From positions 65,906,001 to 65,970,000 of the forward strand of contig CM052816.1 in assembly GCA_028534125.1 (NCBI GenBank): DNA of 64,000 nt, given 5' to 3'. Below the pieces are notes generated by a model, which was not told where the DNA came from, did not search any database, and worked only from the letters and a program-made list of their open reading frames with translations. Each line of letters begins with the position of its first letter. Position 1 is the first letter of the stretch. The translations under genes were made by a program, and so were the position numbers. Positions 49,304 through 60,700 of the stretch are shown here, piece after piece. Origin of the DNA: Lama glama. Lineage: Eukaryota.

Positions 49304-51899
49304 TGGGAAGCATTTGAAAGAGAGAAAGCTGAGATGAAAAATAATTATCACTTGGGCATTCTAATAAAGGTGGAAAATGCAAAAAAAATTAATTTTCCAA
49401 GATTAAATGGAAGACTGATTCGTCATTCAGATGCAATTATTGTGACAATTTATTATGAACAATAAAATATTATCATTAAAATACCAACTCCAAAGAATTT
49501 TCCCGAAGAAAAGAAAACACATTTCTTTAAATCTATATTAAGAGGACAGTGAATAGAAATTTACTTGGAATTATAACTTATCTAAGCATATAAAATTTTG
49601 TTGTAGCTACAACTTCTTAAAGAACACAAAATCTAAACTTTCCATCGCATGATAATAGAATTGAACTCCCAAATTCACGTTTTCTGTGATTAAAATAAGA
49701 TCTCTGGTCATTATGCACACACTTCCCCCCGTGATAGAACAAGGTTTGTTGTTTTTTTTTTTTTTAATCACTACAAATGCCACAATGCAGATAATCCGAA
49801 TGGAACCCAGAAGCTTCCGTTGATGGTCTTGTTTTTCAGGTAGTGAAATTTTGCAGTCCTTCCTCAGCCTAAGCATCTCTCACTTTCTTCTTCCCCTCCT
49901 CATCCACCGGGTTAACTGCAATTCATTCTTTAGGTCACAGCTTAAATATAATTTCTTTTAGAGCATTGTCTCTAAGACCCAACATGCGCCTACACCCACA
50001 GGTTGGTGGCCCAACCTGGGTGGTATCCCTTTACGTCACCACCTGATTGCATCCTGTGCTTAACCCCTGTTTTCTCTCGGCGTTCCAGTTGCCTGTTTGC
50101 TTATCTGGATGCTCCTTAAGAATGACGGTTCCCAGAAAGCAGGGATCGTGTCTGGTTTACATTTGTATTCTCAGTGCCTAGCATGATATGACCCCTGCGC
50201 AGAGTAATCACTGTACGCGTGCATCCTGGCTGGAAGGGTGACGTGGTGATGCAGCAAGTGAAACTGAGGCTGTGCTTTGAACTGTTTCTTCATTACCAAG
50301 CATGTCTTCTCTGTTCAGTGGCCTCTTTGGGGCATTTGGCATTTGTAGTCCAAGGTGCACTCACCTCCTATGGAAAGTCTCAGCCCTGCAGGAGAAATGA
50401 AATGACTGATGTCCCTTCAAAACTTTTTTAGCCTCAATTTTTATCCAGGAAATTGAGATTTTTGTCTTTGAAAAGTAAACAAGAAACTTTATAACTCATT
50501 GACTAGTTCTTTTTACACTTTTTTCAGCTTTGGTCACTTGGGTGCCAGCATCTATGTCTGCAGCAGGCAGACACTAGTTCAGCAGGTGGGAAGGCATCAG
50601 ACTGGCCTTTCTGTCTCCAGAGAGACCATCTGAGGCTCAGTCTACGTGAGACAGATATTTTTAACTGACTTACTGGGACAAAACAAATTAAAATGGAAAA
50701 GAGCAACTAGAGGAGGATAGAAAATCATAGTTTGTGCCTGAACTTGACTTCCTCTATTATGCCCTGGAGACATCTAACCAGATTCTGCCAAGGTAGGTTG
50801 GTACCTCCATTACTGATTCAAATCCAGTCAACCTCTTTGAGTATCAGAACAGTAGGACTCAATCTACAGACAAACTATTCTGTTCTGTGATAGTAAAATG
50901 GATATAACTGGTGCATCATGTGATGACCCGAAGAAACCAGAATTGCCCTTCAGGCTACTCCCAGTGCCGCTAGAACACTCCCAAGCTCACCCCTGGGCTT
51001 CGTGGAAGGCACGTGCTATCTTGCACAACCCGCCCTTTCTCTTCGCCGCAAGAGAGGAGTCTAGGAAGGTTGCTTCTGAAGCCCCACATTCCCTGCAGGT
51101 CCTCGCTTGCCCGCGGCTGACATTTATCAACTTGCTGCCGGCTCCTATCCTCTCGAATTTTCTTGCCCTTGAGATTTTCCATTCCAGAAGTGAGTTCTGG
51201 CTCATTCTTCATTAAATGACTTATTGCTGAAGCCGTGGATCAAACGATTGGTATTTTCTGCGTGTCGTTACTTGTTGAAAATATCAAGTTCCCAAGTGCC
51301 AGTTGTAGGATTGATGATAAAAGATTAAGAGGAATGAGTCAATGGTTTGGTCTTCCAAAACTATAGAAACATTTAAAAATAGTTGTTTGATATCTTCCCC
51401 AGACAAAAATCAATGCTTTTTAAATTTTCACAGAGCAAGAACTTAAAAGGAATAATCATTATATCCATGATGTGAATAATAAACTCTCAGCAAGAAGATA
51501 ACTATTAGTCTATAGACCAAAACTACTTCAGGGTAGCAATTTTAAACATTTACCTTTCTTTTTTATGATGCATTAAGTTTCAAAATCCCCCGTTTGATTT
51601 CGTAATAAAAACTGAAATGATCCGGAAGTAAACATTGGTGCGTTTTTAATCAAACACAAAATTTCAACCCCAAACTGGTATCAGTAAATTTAAGAGCAAT
51701 GAGACAGAGCCAGATGCTGATGGGAACCAAGTTGGTTGTAATTTCAAAAGCACTAGAGCACTTCCCCATGCATTTCCCAGCCCTGCTAAGAGAGGCGTCA
51801 TCTCAGGAAGGCAGATCTGACCAGGGCCCTGCAGGAGCCTGCTGTCTGTGTTGGTGTGTGGCTGTTTGTCCAGGCTCCACAAAAGCATCCTGAAAACAA

Positions 51900-52135
51900 G
51901 GCAGCGTAGCTGAGTGCAGGCCCTCGAATCAGATAGCTTTCGTTCAGATCTCAGCTTTCTGACTCTAAGGAAGCGATTTCACTTTCCAAAGCTGTGGTTT
52001 CCTCATTGGTAAAATGGGAGCAGTGAGACTACCTGCATTATGGTCTGTCGTGAGGACTGAATGAGATAGTTCATCTAACTCTTGCTTAGCACAGTGTCTG
52101 ATGTACAGTAAGTGCTTATTAAGTGTTAGCCATGA
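51900..52135 (+). mobile_element. MIR SINE
   Basis: gtttcctcattggtaaaatggg...gtcgtgaggactgaatgagata...gcttagcacagtgtctg...cagtaagtgcttattaagtgttagc. Further MIR relics lie near 5430-5650, 17350-17600, 27330-27480, 35365-35575, 41560-41850, 47310-47490, 56120-56280, 59745-59915 and 63850-64000. Confidence 0.75.
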
Positions 52136-53107
52136 CTACAAATACCAAGCAAACAAACCCAAAAAGTGAAAACAAAAGTTTTTTAGACATCCTTGAATGT
52201 ACATATTTTTTAAAGTTTTTAAAAAAAGATCACCATATTTCAAGAGCTTTAAATTACAAGTAACAACTTTATAAAGTTACATTTCAAAAAATCTTAACGG
52301 AGATTCCATAAATGATATTCTCTTCGACTTAATTTAATAAGCACTGTATACATCGTGCTGGGCTCTGTAGGGAATACAAGTTAGTCACATAGCATTTTTT
52401 CTTGTTTTACCTCAAGGGGTTTATAATCATCTTGTGGAGCTTGGCAAACATCTGCAAAATTAGAGAATATAAAATAGAATTGATATAGGTACCTTTGATT
52501 TATAGTATTTCTAAAGTCTCTGTAGCATCTGTTTGAACACGTCATTAATATACCTCCCTAGCAAATGTATCAGAGATGATTCTCAATATAAGAAAGCAGA
52601 AAGGAAAAAGTTCAAGTAGCTTCTCCATGTGTAATACACTTTACAAGGAGTCACTCACTTTTGATAATGTACAGGAAATCATGAGAACTTATGCCAAAAA
52701 AAAAATAAAAGTTTCTTAACTCTGTATTAGAGAAACCAATTGTAGATTAAATTTTTCAAATTCAGAAAGTCTGTGTTTGCTCTGAAAGCCTGGGCTTAAA
52801 TGGATATGGTCAATCAATAAGAACTTTCTCTTCTATCATGTCCTGTGACATTTACATGAAACTTACTTACCCCAAAATCTATCACCGTGAGGTTTAGCTT
52901 TTTAAAAATTTTTTTGATATTTGTGGTCTGAACTGTATTACAAAGTGTGCCTAGGAGTTTGACTGGCTAGTCTGAAAGTTATCTTCATTTGCATGTTTGA
53001 ACTTAAAAATAATCCTTAAATTAAAATATCATTCTTGAAATGACCAGAGAATCTTCACCCTGACAAGTACCATATATTTACTGCTCTGTATTTTTCTCTT
53101 TTGTCAG

Positions 53108-53157
53108 AAGATCACCCATGTGCAACCAACCATCCATCAACAAAGCCACCATCACAG
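53108..53157 (+). CDS. PDE4D: PDE4D internal coding exon (50 nt), linker region 1
   Basis: Acceptor tttttctcttttgtcag|, donor cag|gtaaga. Translates (K)RSPMCNQPSINKATIT plus one nt, in phase with the previous exon (aa|a = Lys). Confidence 0.96.
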
Positions 53158-55298
53158 GTAAGAAGGATCTGAGAGCTTACTCTTCTTATGTCTGCAAAGA
53201 AACTGTATTTTCCAAGATTCAATCTAATATTAGCACTGTTTTTTTTTCTGCAATTCTAAAATATCTAAGAAATTAATCCTTTCTTCTCTATATTACCATT
53301 TCTCTTGTTGATCTCACAAGCTGTCCATTTAAGATATTGGAAAAATTAGCGATGTGTCACTTTTGAAAACCAGTCAAATTTGTGCTCTTACGAAGTGTAA
53401 CGTTGCTCTGGGCATTTGTATTTTGAGAGAGAGCTTTACCTTCAAAACATTGACCATGTTGTTTCCAAGCTTGTGTTGTCAGCATAATGATAATAGACAG
53501 TAGCTTGGTTTCATGAAAGTCAAAGCATAAATAGAAGATACCTTCTTGGTGAATCAACATCCCAGTTGTCTATGGGGAGGAATGGCATTCCAGTACTCCT
53601 GATTTAGATGCAGAGAGTTGAGATTTAATTCAGTTTGGAATAGGAAAGAAGAAGTGATTATACAATACAGAAAAGTTCAATGAGATCAAAAGAACAGATG
53701 TTTGGGGAAAAGAAGTAGAAGGAAGAATAAGGGATATAAAGGCCAAAAGAATAAAATTACCCCAATTCCTATTAGTCTATTTTAGACATTGGACTTGACC
53801 CCAACTGAACCAAAAACAGAACAAGTGATTTCATTTTGGTGAACCTGAAACCAAATTGAACTCATTTAATCACTTCTTGAAACCCCAATTGGTTCATTAA
53901 AATAATTGCCTGGGAAAGAAAACCTGTGTTTTTTTAAATTATTACCAGAAGAAAATTAACATGTTCTCCGAAGTAGACCAATACTTCACTTGATTCAAGT
54001 GTCTTCCTTGGACTGCAACTCATAATATGCTGAGGAGCTCATTATTACATAAGTGACTGCACTTTGCTTGAGACTTAACTTCATCGTGTCCAGTCAGGAC
54101 CTGTCAACCGGGCTCGCTGTTGGCCACCACACCACAGTGATTCTGGAACAGTTGTTAGTGTTGGTCTTTCCTGAATGTCTTTCAAATGGGGTTTGTGTTT
54201 CATGGAATATTACATCATTGGTACTCTTTTCCATGTTGATCTTTCAAGAGCTTATTGGTGATGGTTTTCAACTGGCATTTCATAGTCTATGTTCAGTTTA
54301 CCTGTTTCCTTCTCGGCATCAGTCAAGAGATGAACAATCACGGAAGTTCCTATATATGACGATAAGTTCTTTGAGTAACAGTTTTTCTTCTTCAGAAACC
54401 CCAATTCAATATAAAAGAGCCCTAACTAAGATGGTGGTGTGGAAGTGGATGCCTTTTTTTCTGTGCACTTACCTGTGTTGAGAGTCACGCAGGCTGATTT
54501 GTGTGAGCATCTGTCGGGGGTCTCTAGTGAGAGAGACCTCACAGAACCTGGTCCCCAGCCTTGCTCTGGACACTCGGTCTGACCCCTGTAAAGAGAGACA
54601 CCCCACTCATTTTTTTTTCAATAAGCCAGACTCCTCTGACGTTGCGGTTCATGCAGAACTCAGTGCTATTTTGGTCCCTGAAAGCTTTTGTAGCTTGAGG
54701 TCACATATGAGCCAACCCCACAGAGCATCCTCCCAGAAGAGCAGGTGCAGGTACGAATGAAGATTGTTGTATCCAACAAGAAGTGGCGGGTGCTCCGTGG
54801 TCAGGGCAGCTGTCCTGCCACCCTGCAGATGTCTGGCACTGATTAAAGAGAGAGTAGCGGCACTCAGAGAGTACAGACTTGGTCTCGAACACATGTGAGA
54901 GACCCCATAGGAGCTCCCAGGAATTTCCACATACTCCGAGGAGCAATACCAGAGGGAACTATGAGCCACTGAAATCTGGGCATCCATCCAGGTTACAGTG
55001 GCCTTGTTTGTACCCACATGATCTTGACCTGAGACCTAGGGGGCAGTGGGGCTATAGAAATATCTTATCTAGGAAGGGAAACTAATTAACTGTCATTAAC
55101 TGCTTTGTGCAGCTGTGTTCATCACAAAGCACAACAGGAAATGAACTGACTAGAGAATGGAAGTCTTTTTCCTGCCCAAGCATAGCAAATCAAGGGAAAA
55201 AAGTGTATGAGGGGGTGGAGAGATGAGAGCACTAGCAAGGGACATTCCCCTCTCTGAGTTTATTCTGAAAAAGTGGGCTGTTAGAAACATAAATCATG

Positions 55299-55711
55299 TG
55301 GACCTGGAGATCATCATTCTAAGTGAAGTCAGCCAGGAAGAGAAAGAAAACTACCATATGATATCACTCATATGTGGAATCAAAAAAAAAAAGGGACACA
55401 AATGAACTTATTTACAAACCAGAAACAGACTCACAGACATAGAGAAAAAACTCATGATTAACCAGAGGGGAAAGGGGGTGGGGAGTGATAAATTGGGAGT
55501 TAAAGATTTGCAGATACTAACTACTATATATAAAATAGATAAACAATAAATTTAAACTGTATAGCAGAGGGAACTATATTCAATATATTATATTAACCTA
55601 TAATGAAAAAGAATATGAAAGTGAATATATGTATGTATATGTATGCCTGAAACATTATGCTGTACACCAGAAATTGACACATTATAAATGGCTATACTTC
55701 AATTTTAAAAA
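55299..55711 (+). mobile_element. 5'-truncated L1 (ORF2 C-terminus plus 3' UTR), older subfamily
   Basis: Encodes DLEIIILSEVSQEEKENYHMISLICGI, the end of L1 ORF2p. TSD core cataaatcatg at 55288-55298 and 55715-55725. Confidence 0.92.
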
Positions 55712-58071
55712 AAGCATAAATCATGATGACAGTAGTCATGAGACTTGGATAGAAGACTAAGCCCCACAGATAAGGAGGTACTCGGGCATCTCCTCCCTCA
55801 GCAGCTGACTGCTAGGACCTGCCTCCACGTTCACTCCCCCTGCTGTTGGAACTCAGCAGTATTCTACAGTCGTCCCTGCAGGGGCGGAGAAGAGGGTTAA
55901 CGTATGTCAGTGGAGCACCCTAGAAGATGAACTTGGCCTTCTCAGGAAATTTCTGAGGGTCTAGAGGAACAGTGTAGCATATAGTTAAGTTCACGGTTGG
56001 TCCAGAAGGCTGCTGTGGAGCACAGCTCCAGGGCGACGCCACAGAGCATCACTGACCACTGACAAGTGCTCCTGGTAGTGTGCAGTGGGGGTGCTCCGCT
56101 TGTCCAGAATCCAAACCATGTTCTATCGCGATAGCTGTGTGACCCGGAGCAGGGTACAAACCCTTTCCCTGCTTCAGTTTTTCCATTTACAAAAAGGTGA
56201 TCGTACTTCATATGGTTATTGCTAAATTAAATGAGTTCACGTGTGGGATGCGCTTAGCATAGAGTCAGCACTCAGTGCATCATTTTATTTTGTTTTGTTG
56301 TTGTTTTATTTGGGTATTGTTCTTAAGATTCATTCTTTATGTAGAACTAGGGGTGATGGAAAGAATAGGCCAGAGAGATTAAGAAGGAAAGGGAAGAGTG
56401 AGAGAAAGACAAACTGGCGAGGTTATAAGAATGAAAGTTATGGACCCCCCAAAAGTGATCACAGTGGACACACTTCCTTTGTGCCTGTTAAAAATGGGGC
56501 CTCCAGTCACTCCCAGCGCTGTGTCTCGTCCTCTCAGCTCAGCCGCAGACGTTGGTGCCTTTGGGATGTGGATGATAAACTGTTGTTCAGGATTATTTTC
56601 AAAACTGAAGAACTTACTTTTGAGTCACAGAGTGTGAAGAGAGAAAATTAGCTCTCTGTAACTTCCCCCATAAGTTACCTCTTTGAGTTTTTAAAAAGAA
56701 GAGTACAGTTCATACTCTGCTTTCTGAAACTCTCCCATAGAACTTAGATATACCTTGGAGGTTATTCCATTTGACACGTGTTCAAGCCTGGAAAGTTCAA
56801 TTTTATATCATGAGGGTTCAAGCATGTTCGTTCCTTGCCATCTTTTATTTCCATATGTAATAGGTAAATACAGCAGTTTAACAGGTTTTACAAATAAAAC
56901 TTCCAAGTGTGCATTGATGAAAGAGCCCATCCCACAGAATAGCTATTTTGTTCTTTAGCATGACGTAACAAAAATGCGGTTTGTGGCATTTGGGACTTGA
57001 GTGCAGGCCATGTCTCTCTTGTTCACTTTATTTCCTCGTTTGAAGACTGGAGATAGGAGTCCCTCACTCTCAGTGCTGCTGCAGGAATTCAAGGAGATGT
57101 GTTAGATGAGGAACAGAGCCTGTCACGAGCAAATCACCAGGTATTTCTTCCTGCAACCCTACTCTATGCCTGACGTTTTGTTGTTCTTCCTGAGGCTAAT
57201 TTAAAGCTGGTGGAATAGAGGAGGAGGATGTTGATGATGTGTCGACTTTCCTGGTGCATTTCATTTATGATTTTGTCTGCAAACAGTAATGGCAGGACAT
57301 GTTTAGGAATCCCTGTGTTAACTCAGCAAGGCTCACCTGCGTAGGTGCTTAAAGGATGGTGACCAGCAGAACTGGAGCGTGTGTTAGAACCTGAGGGGGC
57401 AGCAAAGAGTCAGAGCTGCCCCAGCCGTACCTGCACGGTGACGCTGAGCCCTGGTCCTGGTGCAGAGCCCTGCCTCTTGGGGCACAATCAGTCTTTTGAG
57501 CATTTCATGTTCAAATGATGTTAACTCAAGAAACGTGTTCCTCGGCCATCTCATAAAAACTTGTCGGGTCTTCACGGTATCATTTTCCAATATATTGGTA
57601 AGGTCCATATTTTCTGTGCCTTTAATTATCTTTCAATTGAGGATTTTCATGCAAGAATGTAACATAGAGAAAATGTACTTAAACTTCTCTATTTTGAAGA
57701 TGAGAAAACTGAGACCTAATGAAAGAAAATGCTACCTAGAGGCACAGCCAGGAATAAATACAGGATTCCTTTTTCCCAAAGCTATGGTCCTTTTCACACC
57801 TCTATAATATCACCCGTCAGATTAGGGTAGCACTCAGATCCACCGTTGAAGTGTATGTTTTGGAGAAAGTAAAAGAAATTTTAAAGGGTATCGATTTGTG
57901 AGTAACAGATATAGCATTGGGGTTTTTTTTTTTTTTTTGTACGTGGACTCGAAAATTACAAAGTATTGTGTCCCAGTTTCTCATTGGACAGGTCACTATA
58001 TTTAAAGCTATTTTTATTATATCCATGTGTTATGTCTTAGGGCCCTCAGATAAGTAAAGATTGGCAGCCTA

Positions 58072-58259
58072 GATTACATTGTATAGCACAGGGAAATATA
58101 CACAAAATGTCATGATAACTCACAGAAAAAAAAATGTGACAATGAGTGTGTATATGTCCATGAATGACTGAAAAATTGTGCTGAACACTGGAATTTGACA
58201 CAACATTGTAAAATGATTATAAATCAATAAAAAAATGTTTAAAAATAAATAAATAAATA
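58072..58259 (+). mobile_element. Young 5'-truncated L1 3' end
   Basis: Same subfamily as 39061-39356, with a (taaa)n tail. Perfect 16-bp TSD aaagattggcagccta at 58056-58071 and 58260-58275. Confidence 0.92.
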
Positions 58260-59944
58260 AAAGATTGGCAGCCTAAAGAGAAAATCCAAGTTCTTCTCTC
58301 CAAGCAATAAAGCTAGTGCCTACTCTTAACCTGTAGAGGGAGACACATAATGCAGAGACAAGTATATAAAATAACACAAAAGTAGTTTTCGTCCAAAAAA
58401 ACTTTTGGGATGTCTCCACTCGTTGTTTTCACCCTGAATGTTCGTAGCTCCTCTATAAAAAAAAAAAAAAAAAAAGAGTGCATTCTAACTAGAATTTAGT
58501 CAATTGGTAAGTAGAGGATTGAAAAGTAACCTATCCAAATGTAATAGTTAGTCAAAACACCACAAAAAGAAACTTAATCTCATATGTTTATCGTTCTTCT
58601 AAAGCCCAAAGCAGTTTCTAAAAGCCAGTGAAGGAAAACAAAGATTTTTAACTGAAACAATTATTTTGCTATTATCTGGACTCTTCATTTAACACCGTGC
58701 TTACTAAAGAAAGGGAAATAAGCAGCTGTTTTATGGCAACAGTAATGATGCTAGCGACTTTTGTAGTAGGTCTACCTTTTAAGTCTGTGTGTGCACGTAA
58801 TAGAAACAAGTAGCGTATGAATGTGAAAAAAAATACATATATAACAGATAGTATTTGGAAGCAAGAGCCACATAAAGAAGGCAAAAGGAATCTAGGAGAG
58901 AGAAATATGTAAGGCCTAGGGGACATTGAACTAGAAATGAGTGTTAGGGCAGCCTGCACGGAGGAGGACGAAGACCCCGCCGTTGCCAGGGAAGTCCCGC
59001 CCTAGTTCCTCACCAGCCACTAGCGGCACCAGCTGCGTGCTCTTTCCTCCTTTTCTTTTAACAAGAGCAAAGATGGTGGCGATGCTTTCATAACTGCAGA
59101 GAGTGAGTGCACAGTAAGCTTTTTTTTTTTAGGAATGTGATTGAAGAATGCCGAGTACACATTATGTTTAATAGCTTTAATGAAAAATTAATAAAGATTG
59201 TGTATGTGAGTGTTTAGACATTGCCTTTGGTGGGGGGAGTTTTTTTGCTTGTTTCACTTTTGTATCTAATACATCTAATGACTGTGGAGTGTTCTAAATA
59301 TTTTGAGCCAAAGGAGTTTACTTTGACAAAAATCCCCGCATTAAAAAGACTTTTCCGGGAAAAACACTGAACTAAAAATTTGCTTAAGTGCATGCAGTAT
59401 GACTATTTATTACTTAAATTTATGATCTTTTAGAGGGGTCAGGGTCCGTTTTCTTCCTTACATTCTAACTTGTTTTACCTTCTTCAGCTTATTTAGATAA
59501 GTAGAGTTATATCTACTAATTTGTTAAAAGATCAGGTCTGACGGTCATTTTTGGACCAGAAATTGATTTAAGTTATACTTGGCTTTCTAAATGGTGAAAT
59601 TAAGTGAATGTCTTAATCATGGGAAAATATAATTTAATTGTATCTCTATTGTCCAAATATGTGCTCTGGTATTTTGTTATAAATTTAATTGAAATAATTA
59701 AAGGAAACTGCATATTCATTTGGTCAGAACAGCAAAATGGCTATGAGTGAAACCATAGAGGTTGAAAATCCAGCTTTCCTCTTACTAGCTATGTAATCTT
59801 GGTCAATTTACTGAAATTCTCTAAGCTTTCATTTTCCCATCAGTGAATTCTAAGTCAGTGATTAGTATAGTGCTTGGTATCCAGACGTAGTCAACAAATG
59901 TTAGCTATCATTTATTGCTATAACTTTAGTATTATTATTATCGT

Positions 59945-60700
59945 CCACTTGGGCAACAAATATTTTCTGTGCATCTTATATGTGGTATGCAATAAGGTAG
60001 GTGTTGAAAATAAAAAGATGAGTAAAACGTGACTGCCTGCTTCAGGGAAGTCACACAGGGAGAAGGAGCCATGAATAATTAAGTGCCAGCTTAGCATCAT
60101 GATTGAAGGGAATTCAAATGCCTGTATGTATCTGAAGGGGAGGGCAAGTGATTCTACCTAGAGTCAGCTCCCTGCTGAACTTTGAAGATCGTGGAGTTCT
60201 CCATATGGTTAGGAGGAGATCACCTCCCACCAAGGGACCAGCAACAGTGAGCTGTGGAGGCATGGAGTGCTGGTCCAGCGCCAGGGACTGGGAACACTAA
60301 AGATCAAAAGGACTTGAAAGTATATGGAGGCAACAGAGCGGGAGGCTCCAAGAGTAGATTAAGGCAATTAGAAGCCAATATAAAAAATGACGGACTTTTC
60401 TTTTATGGGCAATAGAAAATCATCAGCCATTTCTAAGCAGAGAAGTATGTTAGAATGACAACGTTGGATGCTGGATAGAAAACAGACTGAAAAGAAGAAG
60501 GACTTGAGGCAGCTTCATACTCATCAGAAGACCATTCATTGCAGGCCAAGTACACGCTGAAGATAACGTGGCTCTGAACTGGAGTGGTGGTGACGGGGGT
60601 GTGGATGAGGAGATGGATTCACAACTCTTTCCAGGGAGAGACTTGAGCAGACTTGGAGGTTGATTGAAGAGTGAGGGAAAAGAAGTGAAAAATGAAGTCA
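59945..60700 (-). mobile_element. L2 fragment
   Basis: caacaaatattt... followed by ggacttttcttttatgggcaatagaaaatcatcagccatttctaagcagagaagt. Similar L2 relics lie near 21560-22200 (-) and 49880-50200 (+). Confidence 0.5.

Noticed and set aside
53158-53276. Intron read-through giving a truncated UCR1-only isoform
   Set aside because: The frame stays open for about 39 codons, but the donor is strong and the peptide looks like random AT-rich sequence. It cannot be supported without transcript data.
59014-59032. CTCF site ccactagcggcacc
   Set aside because: It is one base short of the CCASYAGRKGGC core spacing.
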